A stretch of 64,000 nucleotides of DNA from Phoronis australis (taxonomy: Eukaryota; Animalia; Phoronida), in assembly GCA_002633005.1 (NCBI GenBank), contig NMRA01000402.1:146138-210137 (forward strand), in the 5' to 3' direction. Below, piece by piece: positions 12,304 through 24,300 of this stretch (within the stretch, counting starts at the first letter, position 1; each line of letters opens with the position of its first letter). A program made the translations under genes and the position numbers. The notes under the pieces were generated by a model, which saw only the letters and a list, made by a program, of their open reading frames with translations, ran no database searches and was not told the DNA's origin.

Positions 12304-12354
12304 ATGCGGGAGCCGTTGATTTTCCTTTCTGTATCTTTTATTTTTATATATCAG
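12304..12354 (+). CDS. Exon 1: signal peptide (MREPLIFLSVSFIFIYQ)
   Basis: aaaATG context, hydrophobic stretch, CAG/gtaaat phase-0 donor joining in frame to MDVVDG-RG. Confidence 0.75.
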
Positions 12355-15300
12355 GTAAATGGCTCATTCATAAATTAGACGTATCTTTTATTTTTATATA
12401 TCAGGTAAATGGCTCATTCATAAATTATACAGGTCACATGTAGAACTGGCTGTGGTGTATTATTACCGAAGTATATTTTTTCTTTAATTCTGCCAGTTAG
12501 AACTAATAGGACATGAGCTGATCAGGATAATTAAGGGGCTGTAAATTTAAGGCCAGCTCGAAAACCAGCATCTGTACAAAATAGCTACACATGTACATGT
12601 ATATGAACCGTTGTGCAACAGTTTCATGCGTGAGAGAATTTTCTTATGACGAAGTGTTAGATTAGTGTTTACTGTTTTAGATGGATGTTGTCGATGGAAG
12701 AGGTAAAATGTTGGTTCGATTTCTGGAGTACCAGAACCCTGGAAATATCGCCTTCAACGGCCAGTGTTGTGATGGGGAAAAACTAAACGATGGCACATGT
12801 TTTGAGTCGTGCAATCCCGTCTTCACACTCTGCCTTAAACGCAATTCGAGGTAAGCGTAATTTTTCTGTTCGAGAAGCATTTCTATCGTATTCTTAAGCT
12901 TAAAACCTTTCCATTCTGTTAAAATTTCACCCAAAATGGAATTTGGTAACTTTACTAAAACCTCTTGGACTTGAGATACTTTGTTTCCACAACTGTTTCT
13001 TCGTTGTTGACAAGGAAGGTTAATCCCGTACTGTAACGACGAAGTACCTAAATTTTGATCAATACTATAATGTACTTTCTGCAACAAAATTGATCTTAAC
13101 ATGTTCCATACACTGTAATCAGATGATGAGTAATTTTTGTGATCTTGGAAAGAAGTTTTGTTTAATCGTTCTTTATTCCTCGAGGCAAGCATCCAAGAAT
13201 ATACGTAAATAGTCACTGAGATAATTTTTGTAAATCTTTTCTAGGCCGTGATGTGATCATAATTACTTGGCTAAACCTTTTTTGGCAATTACGACGTGGG
13301 AGCGTAAAACAGAATTTCTTTGTTAAGTCACTTTACGATACAGGCTGCTGATCTCAAACGAGTATAAAATATTCCCAGTTCTTTACAAGCCCCAAAATCC
13401 CAATATTTTGATTTATAATTAAATTGAGACAACGTTCATAACGGAAATAGTCTAAAGCAATGATTATTGTTCTTTGAGAGGAGTCCTGGGTAGAGTTCAG
13501 TAACGCTAAGACCTACGCTAGGACTTCGCTATAATCTAGCCAAAATCATGCGTTCTCATTTAAACTACACGGCAATACCGCACGTAATCTTATAAACGTT
13601 ACTGAAGCCTACCATGATTTATTGACGTTTTTAGTATAATGAAATAAATGTACACGTAAACTACTAGCAACAAGGATCATGCTGTCCGTAGAAGATTATT
13701 AGAATCCGTGATGTACACAGAGTTAAGATGAAACCGTATTTCAGCACGGCTACGGTAGCTGTCAGTACACTTTTAAAACTATATAATATATGGTGTCTGT
13801 GCAAACAGTTGGGCAACTGTTCTACAGGTGTATAGATCGTGTGCAAGGTGAGCAACGATATACCATGTTACCTTTGTTATGCGTTATCATGGAGACCACT
13901 CAAACATTAATTTTTTAACTCTTTTTCTAACGCTTTAATAAATTTCGTGTTTGTAGTTCCCCGAATAATGCCCCATGTGATGGCAGCTATGGGAAATTTG
14001 TCGTGGAACAGCATAGGGAGAACATCCGATTTCCAGAGCGAGGATCTGCAATTTCACTTGATTTCAATCGATGGAAGGTACGTGTCGTTCTCCCTGACTT
14101 CCCGCCTGTTTTTCGACTTGTTTTACCTAATTGTACAATACCTGTTTCTTTACCTGTCTTACCATTAGCTCCCACCCACTTGCCCACCTGGCGATTGAGG
14201 GGGATTTAAACACCCACCTCTATCAGGATGTTTTGATTTATTATTACGGCTTAATATTGTTTCTTGAAATGTTTTTTGCACATCAAATCGCTTTTACGAA
14301 CGCACACCTCTTTGTGTTCCCAACTTACTAAAAAGCGTGCCTTTTCCGTGTAGGAAACTCTTTCCTGTACATTTGTTATCTGTCATCTGCGTGAGAAACT
14401 TTAACAAACGTACCGGTACTATTTCATGTTCGCTTAACCATATGCAGACATTCGAAGCTCATTTTCCAGAATAAAAAACGCATTAAAACCATCATTTGTA
14501 TGGAAAACACAGTGTCCAAACATCTTTTATTGTTAAGCCGCCTAGAAAAAAACACGCGATTTCCACTTAATAGTTTTTGGAGTATGTCCGATTGTTTTGT
14601 TGCTTAGTTACAGATAAGATCGCTGTCGACTGTTATCAAGGAGTGGTTTCACATCCAGTGTCTTATCAGTGAATACGAATTGAATTTAATTAAAACTCAG
14701 ACGTATGAGCATTTAATTGGCTCCTCGTGAAATGATCAATCAAATGAGGGGTGGCACACAATATGTTTGTTTACAAGTACGACTGTCTGTCAGTGGAGGT
14801 ATTAGAGACAACGGGCGATTTTTTGTTGCCCATCCTTGTTATGTTAGAAAAATGGTTTATATACCTATTATAATATTAAGATTTATACATTATTTTAGCT
14901 TACAATAGACATCTCAACCACACTCCATTTTTCTAACTAACTAGCTAGAACCCCCTCATCAGCAAAATATTGTCCTAAATAAAGGTGTGGTTCAAATGAT
15001 TTTGTAGAAAGTATACAACTGACTGCGCTTACGTGTATTGCTAGTCAGGTTATATTGCGTGCTACTTCAAACAGCCAGTTTCAAACCCGAAGCGTAACAT
15101 TTCAAAAGCAATGAGTTTCATCTGAATTGAATTGTTTTCTGCTGTTATCTCGAAAGCAGATACATGTACAGTTGAAACAACAAATCAACCTGATTCACAC
15201 TATTGAATAGATGTTGTTTTCATTTATATTTATCACGGCTTCCCGTATACAAAATATTCAGCAAAATTATTCCATTGGTAGAACTAACTTCTGTGGTAGT

Positions 15301-18300
15301 ATATTTTATTGAGGATGCCCATTTTACATGTACGATGATCTGGGAAATAGAATGTTACGTAAAATGTAATTGACCAATCCGGCTAATCGTGGATTTCTAA
15401 GATTAATGAAAATTTCTGATCCCAGTGTGCTTAAAAACCTAATCAAATTTGTTTATCATGCTTCTATTTTAAGACGAAAACTACTTGACGATTGAAAGTA
15501 CATGTACTATACATGCGAATGCGTATTTACTGTATTTTATTGTTGTGTTTGATATGTACATGCAAGTACTGTGGGCCGATGGCCTCGAGTATGAATAAAC
15601 GTTTCTAATTTAATAACTGGTGTGTAGACATAAAAAGGTATTTAAATCAATAAAGACCTTCACGTTTTTATGTTTGGATTGTCAGAGCGTACCTGAAAAA
15701 CGTACATTGTCACGTTTTCAAAATGTTACTTCCAGTGTAGATATCTGACACGAAAAAGGTATGGTTGTGTAACATCTAGACAGGAACCACAACTATAAAA
15801 CACAAAATGCAACAAATCGTTATTGGATTGCGATATTGGTATGACATTGTTTAGATTTATGGACAGGCGGCATTTGGTTTTTAAGGAATGGTTGAAAAAA
15901 ACAGTTGCGAATTTTAGTTGAACAAGCTTTCAGAATGTGTAAGCGATGAAATCCACACGCCACAAACTTCGAATGTTTACTATCTTTCACTGAAAGTTCG
16001 TCTTTGTGCGGCTAATTATGGTATCTCTTGAAGTTCATGGTTATGAATATTAGTTGAAGTTTTGGTTGGCCAGAAAAAGTAAAGGAGACTTAACCGATTC
16101 CTTTAGGTTCAGGTACGAATTTGTTGTTTGGTAGCTCATTGGTCCTTGTACCATTATTACCAAGATGAGGGAGTAAAATCTATACATGTAATTCGGCTGG
16201 CGCCCATTAAAAGTGTGCGGAGAAAATTCAAAACAGTCTTTGAACTTGAGGTCGCGTTTTGGGGAGTAAAATTCGAATTCGCGTTAGGCGCTTGAGGATA
16301 GCCGGATAAAGTGGCAATAGACAATCTGAGATCACATTAGAGTGGCTGCAATTTGTCCAATCGGTCGTTGCCGGCATGGTGTGTGAAATGGTAACCCAGA
16401 ATGACCAGTTGCGAAGTCACTGATGTGTTTATTCTAGGTTCTAGTTTGTCACACTTTTTATTATTTTCTTTAATGTACTTGGCTTCAACTGGTGAGGCCA
16501 AAACTGTACCAAAAGTATTGTGAAATATAAAAGCATTAGGTGTACACGTAAGTAGTACCTTGATATACCTACACATGTAGTCAAATAACTATTTGTTATA
16601 AAAATTGCGCGATCACCGTAAACGCTTCTTGTAATATTTGTCTGCAACTTGCAATTTATTCATTAATTCTTCAGCTAAACTTTTTTGAATTTTCTTTTAA
16701 GACCTTTACTCTCAAACGTGACGTTTAAAAACACTACATCGAAATTCCGCGAAAATGGAATTCTCCACTTTTGACATCGGAATATTTTGGATAATGCTTG
16801 AAGTAGTGTGACCCTTGCCATTCAAAGACGCGTCATCGTTTTAGGGCCGAAAAGGTTAAAGTTATAAGACTTGAGTAGTGCTAAAAAGCACATTGTGTTT
16901 TTATGATTTTATTGCAAATCGTCGATTCTCCTCGTTGTCTGCTTGAAGTTCACTGAAATAAAGCTGGTGACTTTACCTTTTTCCATTTAAGACACCCTGT
17001 CGTTGATTTAGTGGGATTTAACTCCTCCAACATAGCGTTATGTGTGCGGCCACGGGGGTTGCAGGTTCGATTCTGCGCCCAGATTATCAGAAAACCACTT
17101 CTATCGCCGATTCGGCCCTCACTACACGAAAGACGTTTCACATTGAAAGTTAAATAGCATTAAATCGAGTGCGGTATTTACAGTTTCACTGGCCTGGAAC
17201 TGACTCACATACGTTTATTCCTCTGGAAAGAACAAGTACGGCCATGCAACGTATTTCTGAGTTTTGTGTATGTAACCTCGGTCACTCATGTACATGATTT
17301 TGTGAGCAATTTGAACCGCTGTATGACATTATTTTTATTTTGGTAGATTCCTATTGGAAAATTAATCCGATAGACCACAATGTTGTGATGCTTTGATCTA
17401 CAATGTTGTAGGGAAATGCTACCATTATCATAGAAGTACACGATTACGACACCGGGGCAGACGAACTTGTGGACAGTTTCGTGTTCAACCATGCGAAGAA
17501 AGAAGCGAGTGCAAATGAATACGTAGCAGAGGCTACGTGTGGCTGGGGAACACCAACTAAACAGAGTGGGAGAAGAGGTGTACGGCCATCCACGTGAGTT
17601 CTTTTGTAGCCGAAGGTACTGTCATTTGAAACGTGACTCTAGCTGCAGTTACAGCGGAAGTGAGCAGAACTACTCTCGCTGCATTTTCATTGCAAAAATT
17701 TCTAACCATGCTCGCACCCAGCCTAAAATATACGGGGCTAGAATTTTTCATTGTGTGGAGTCCTCACTGAAAAATAACGGGGAATAAAAAAAACGCTGTC
17801 TTATGTTCAGACTTATGAATTGTGCATTAGCACCAACTTCTTGTGGACTTTTGTTGCGTTTTCTAGGTCTTTTTGTTTCTCTAAGAAGGACCTTTTTGTC
17901 CACTTTGCCAAATGGGGGTCTCCCTCGAGCCCTCCCCGAGCCCCCCGGTTTTGCACATGCTAACGGTAGTGTTAAACATTCACCTAAATCCTGTACCCTA
18001 TAACCACCTTCCGTAAAATCTCTGCAGTAGAACTTCGTATTATTGGTGGCTATTATTCAGTTGCTAGTGCTGTAGGTTTGTTGGTGTCGGCAAAAACGAA
18101 TATTAGCAAACATGGGTAAGGAGCGCATCATTGGCACACAAACATTTTCATTGGCGCACTGGTGATTGCTCAACTCGGGTCAAATGTCCCATTAAAACTG
18201 TGTTAGCAATCACATACATGTATAAAACAACTGCATTGTATTTTACTTTGCATTAGAAATATTATTTATTACATTCAGATTTTGACAGGACGTTTGGTGT

Positions 18301-21300
18301 GAAATAGCAAATCAAAAATTCTACGTGACCAAAGCAACAAGGGCAGAGCACCATTACACGTCGTGTAACGTACTGAGTTAACAGTCGAAATCTCTCGACA
18401 AAGATGCCGTCCTAAAAAATTCAAAAGGGCTCTCTAAATTAACTCGTAGATTTGAGGATCTGCCTATGTTTTCTAAAACGTCTCCTGGGCTCGGTCTCCA
18501 ATCTTTTTACTCGAAATGGAACTCGAAATTAGGTTTGGCATTTTCTACTCTACTTTTGGGCGAACTCAAGATAAGTGTCTATTATTCTATGCTCGAGTAC
18601 ACAATAACTTACGTAGATAATTTATTGCCCTTAGTTCACAGTTTGTAAACCCAATATTAAAGCAATAAGTTCGAGTTTGAACTCGAAATTTCGAGTTTTT
18701 ACTCGAGTTTGTAGCACGAATATAAGGGTCTTCAAGGGCAAACTTGAACTAGAAACTCCTATGCATAAACTATAATGTATTCGAGCACAGTCTGATAACC
18801 AATTATCTTAAGTTCGCACAAAAGGAGCAGAGAAATAGCCAAAAATAGTTTCGAGTTCATTTCGAGTACAAAGATTAGAGACCGGGACCTGATATTTGAA
18901 GTGAGGTTTTAACTCTTCATCAATACGTCGTTCAAAATTGAATAAAGGATCATAGTTTTATTTCCCTCGCGCCAGACAACTATATTTCAAAATCACTCGT
19001 GACTACATATCTTACCAGTCAGGTAAATAATAATTTTGCTGTTGCAAAGAAACGTCTTTAGCTTGTTTCTTCATTTATAAATTAAGTAATCACTTACTAA
19101 GGCAGGATTTGTCCTGTTATTCAAAATTCAAGTCAAATATGGCGTTCCGGGGGTTATGAACATGCTTACTTGTAGATATCAACGTTTGAGATTTTCTGTG
19201 CTAAAGCGCCTACTGAATAATGTATTACACCAACTCATCCGTACTTGCGGAGAGCCAAGACTTGACGTGTTTGATACCCGGAATCCGGGTTCTAAAAACC
19301 AAAGCTGTTTATTTATCAAGTTTGATTCAGTCGATCAATTCAAGTTTTGGTTTTTGGACGACGCATTATTTTGGAGACTTGTTGGGTAATTACATTTTTC
19401 AAAGTTTTGTGCTGCGCTTTAATTCAATTCTGGCACAATTTCAGTCTAACGCTGTGTCTCAACCCATACTGTGACAAACATTACTATACGGCGGATTGCT
19501 CTGTGAGATGCGTACCCCAAGATAGCTGTGCCGGGCACTACAACTGTGATCAGACGGATGGCAGTAAGATATGTCACAGTGGATGGGGTGGTGAGAACTG
19601 CGACCAGCCTACGAAGGACTTCTTAGGTTGCAAAGGTAAGGCATGCTTCTATGAAAGCATCCTAATTACACCAATCCTCAAGTGAAATGTGAGCTATTCT
19701 TGCCCAAACGGTAGACGGAGGCGGAGAACGCATGGTTAATTTAATCCCACAACTCAAGCAGACCGGGTGAGGAAGCTATGTACAGTGTACACTAGTGTTT
19801 GGTTTGGTATAGTCATGCCGCAATATATACGTTTACACTCCCGTGATACAGGTGTATACTGTATAGGTCAGATGTGGACCAAAAGTATCATGCTAGTCTA
19901 CTGCATCCTCAAAATTTAATAAATTTTTGATTTATAGAACTCTCTCAACGTTTGACAAACACACATCGGGTTAGCTTATTGATTTTTTGTTTTGGTATCC
20001 TAATCACTTTACGTTTACTTTTAGCTGGATCTAATCCTTGCATGAACAATGCAACCTGCATCCCATACAAGACAAGCTCTTATTGCTGTTGTCCACCAGA
20101 CTGGAAGGGGAGGAAATGTGATGTCCCTGTTTCGACTATAACTACAAAATCGTCGACAATCCCGTACACCAAGGCTATATCCACCGCCAAGTCAACGCTT
20201 ACTTCTACACCGACAAGTTCATCACAAATCACACCTGATAGCACGGCGCTAACAGTTACCCAGACGCCTTTGGACTCCAAAACATCGTGGCCAACGACAC
20301 CTATAACTATCACCAAATCATCATCTCGATTCACCATCGATGTTTTCCCAGAGTCAACAACAAAACAGTCTTCGCTCACACAAAAGGCCACAACGACATC
20401 TTTGAATTTCTCCAGCACCTACAGAAATGTAAACCAGACGTCGACGCGACCTCCAAACACGAGTGTTGAGAACCCACTTACTACCACGAATTCACCTCGG
20501 CTAACAACGCATACAGAACCATGGTCACACACTAGCAGTGTAATTACAACAACAGCTGTACACTTGTCCTCCACAACATCATCCCCATTTACGATTGATG
20601 TTTTTCCAGAGTTAACCAAACAATCAACGCAATCAACGTCTAGCAGAATTTCTACTGCAATGCCGACCAATGTTTCTTCTGTATCACTTTCGAACGTAAC
20701 CATAGGGAACCACAACGATTCGTCGGGCTCCACTACTAACGTGCCTCTAACATCACCTACCGACGTCACTGCTTCAACCGAAGCAGAAAATAACCTGTTT
20801 ACAGATTCATTTACGTCGTCAATGGCATCGTCTACTCCAAAAACTGAAACGACATCCAAAGACTCTATAGTATCCACGACAACACCATCGCTTTTTACAA
20901 TCGACGTTGTTCCAGAGTCAACGAAACTTTCCACGCCTACCCATGTAGCATCGACAAAGTCCAACAAGAGTTCTGTTACGTCTACTTCAACACAGCCATC
21001 TTCAAACGCAACTGGTGCAAAGCTAATTAAATCAACACTTTTTACTACAGAAAGCCAATCGACGGTGTCTTTCTTGAGCCAGATAACAACGACAGACGCA
21101 TCTGAACAGACTACGCCACCGTCAGAGAAGTCGACCCCATCTTTCACACTGTCAAGTACGACTTCTTCTCTATTTACGATAGATGTCTTTCCAGAGTCAA
21201 CCAAACAGTCTACGTCTAGTAGAATATCTACAACGTCGAACAGTGTTTCCGAACCACTTTCGAACGCTACTACAGGGAACTACAACGATTCTTCGAGGTT

Positions 21301-24300
21301 AACCACTAACGTGCATCTAACATTACCTACCGACGTTGCTGCTTCAACTGACGGGGAAAATAATCAGTTTACAGATTCATTTACGCAATCAATGACATCG
21401 TCCAATTCGAGAATTGAAATGACATCTGCAGTATCCACGACAACACCGTCGCTTTTTACAATCGACGTATTTCCAGAGTCAACAAAACACTCACCGACAG
21501 TTCCTAATACAACGTCTACAATTGACAACAGGACCAATGTAACAGGAAACGCAAACACGGCTTTAGCAAGTTCTACCGCATCTCCGAGAAAGACGCCGAC
21601 ACCTTCTCTAAGGACAACTGTTCAGCATCCTAACAATTCTTCGAGCGCAGTGGTACAGTCAACTTTGACGCCAAGTCAAGCAACTGCCACACTGGTGACC
21701 GCGTCAACTGCCTCTTCCAATACAATTGATGTGTTCCCAGAGACAAATTCATCATTGGGATACAGGACAACTACTGCAGAAAATAGATCATCATTGTCAA
21801 CGAGGTTGCCCAAGTATGCAAATTCTACTGATCAGACCACGCTTCAGTCTACCGATGTAATCTTACAGACTACCACTGCAATGAACGCGGTAACCCAAGC
21901 AACGTCTCAATCGCACACGTCTTCGAAATTGAGCAGCTTAGTAACGACAGGAAATGTTTTATTGTCAACTACAGCAACAGCGGTCACACAAACTCGACCA
22001 ATGGGAACGCAAACAAACCAGGCATCAAGCTTTTCACCAGTTAATGCCAACCTCACTCTAGCAAGTACCACAACACCAGGCAAACCCGGATATGTCACTG
22101 GGAGAGTTGAGATCAACATTATACACTGGCAGGAAAAGCACGTTTTGCTACTACTAAAGCGCTCACTTCTCTCAGCATGGGTGAAACAGAACCGCGAGTT
22201 AGCGAACGACACGTCAGGAATTGTTATAGAAAGTATCCAGAAAGCTCTTGGAGATAATGGGTAAGCTTTGTTCTGATCATCTTTGTACTGGCTGACTGTT
22301 TAGTCTTGCGTTGTTCCAAGCAGTATGAAAACGTACGCAAAATTTTTGATGTTTTCCGAGTTCAAAGACAGCATTATGGGAAATACTGTATGCTGGCAAA
22401 ATGCTTAATAATCAGAAAATTTTCACCATCGTATTTTTAAATCTGTTGTCCTTTTACTTAGTGTCAAATGTATATATGGCGTAACCTTGGGTGTGAACCT
22501 GAGCGCAAAATTCAATAGAACCAAACTTGCAAGTGTACATGTAGGTTGAATTTTTATTCCAGCATTCGCCTGACAGTTTATACTTATCGTCTCAAGTTTC
22601 CAAGTGACGGAAGTGTTACCTCGCTTACAGTGCCCGGTAATGTAGTGGTTCAGAAGGAACTCAACAAACACATCGTGCGACACGTCATTTACACTGGTGT
22701 AAAAGTCACACTGTATAAATATCACTACAAGCTGACCATTAATGGGACTGTAACGGAGAACGAATTGCCTGATATCACACGAGCTATAAAGGATGCATGG
22801 TTGACGATATTTGCAAGTATGTTAACATTGTTCAAAATAAATAATAACAATGTTCTGAAATTCCAATGCTTCCGGGAATTCTACTTTGTGTGTTGTGGAC
22901 AATTTGACTAGATTTATTTTAAACGGCTGTATAATTCTTACTGATTTTATTTTTTTTGCATTTAAATACTACTGTCTTATAAAACGGTTCGTCCAAACTG
23001 TAGCATTATTCCGTTCAAGTATTTTATCCCTGCACGAAGCTAAGACACATGAATAGCAGGATTCGTAGATATATCCGTGTTCTTCGTTGAAAATCGTGTT
23101 TTTAAATGCATGTAATGTAACTACTCGTTTTCGAAGTCATGGGACTAGCAATGGATATTTTTCTTTCAGGAAATCTGACGGTTGATACGGCACGAGTTGA
23201 TTACTCAAATAGGTTTGTCATCTTTTGCGTTTCTGTTTTGTACACGTATTGGATGTTTAGAGTTCGTGTTCATGAATTTCTCGTCCACTGCATGTCTAGC
23301 CCGGTTTACTGCTGAACAAATATGGACGTATAGGAAATGGATATAAACAGTACGTTAGTAACATTCTAGAAAGTGACATGCAAATGTTTACAACTGAAAG
23401 TTAATTGTTGCATTATTTCCAGAACGAGCACAACTGACGTCATATACTTTGTACGTGTTAACGGTACCTTAATTGACCCCAATGATGTCTCTGCACCCAC
23501 AATTAAATGCCAAAGATTTGTCGCTTCAACCGTCACCACAGCGTCATATGCCACCGCCACAAGCAGCCAGGGATTAACCACCACGGATATTTCCATGAAG
23601 ATAACTGTTCAACAGACGACTACTCCTCCCAAAACCATAGACGTGTTCTTACAGACGACGAGCGCTTTGAAAACGCCATCCAACCCACCAAATAGCCAGT
23701 CGCCTGTCAACTCAACCCTCACCCCCAACACTACCGCAGCACCAGGAAAACCAAGCTACGTAACTGGAAGAGTAAAAATCAACATAGTACACTGGCCAGT
23801 GAAGCACTCTCTTTCACAGCTAACTCGTTCACTTCTCTCGGCATGGGTTGCACAAAACGGTCAACTTGAGAATGACACGTCAACAATCATTATAGAGAAC
23901 TTTGAGCAGGCTTTAGGAGATGATGGGTATGTCTGTCACTCAATTTTACACAGGCGGATTTGGGGTGTTGCATGGAAGGGGGGCATCCATAATTTCCAAA
24001 CAAAAATTGCGTAGTTCTTCAAAAAGGCCTGCCGGTGGCGTTTTTCGATCGTGTCCGTAAGTGGTGGGATGCAGGTCGGTGGAAGGGGGCCCTTGAGTTT
24101 CGCTAAATCTGCCTACATGTATGTGGCACCCTATAGTTTCTGAATATGCAGCGTAGATACAGTGTAGAGTAGACCACGTGCAGGTGGAATCTCCTTACAG
24201 TTTTACTAGATAACAAACGAAGGTAACTTCAGGGGCCTCGGTCTGATCTCGAAATTGTACAAGACTTTTTTTATAGTTTCCGTCTTACTTTATAATACAA

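Noticed and set aside
12677-13216. 179-aa minus-strand ORF
   Set aside because: Overlaps exon 2 of the DSL gene on the opposite strand, has a non-ATG start and shows no recognisable motifs.
16995-17150. Possible tRNA or tRNA-derived SINE (B-box-like GGTTCGATTC at 17064)
   Set aside because: No cloverleaf, no properly spaced A-box and no second clear copy in the window; at most a decayed SINE.
12304-20120. Calling the gene Delta, DLL or Jagged
   Set aside because: Only one EGF, non-canonical DSL surface residues and an entirely different stalk and tail; orthology cannot be claimed.
20080-22212. Long minus-strand ORFs (112, 261, 64 and 101 aa) rich in V/D/E/G
   Set aside because: Antisense shadows of the Ser/Thr-rich mucin exon; no independent gene signals.
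22605-22630. DG-SVTSL as a SEA autoproteolysis (G/SVVV) site
   Set aside because: It follows the predicted third strand rather than the beta2-beta3 loop where SEA domains cleave, and it is not kept in the older repeats. Unsupported without a structure model.
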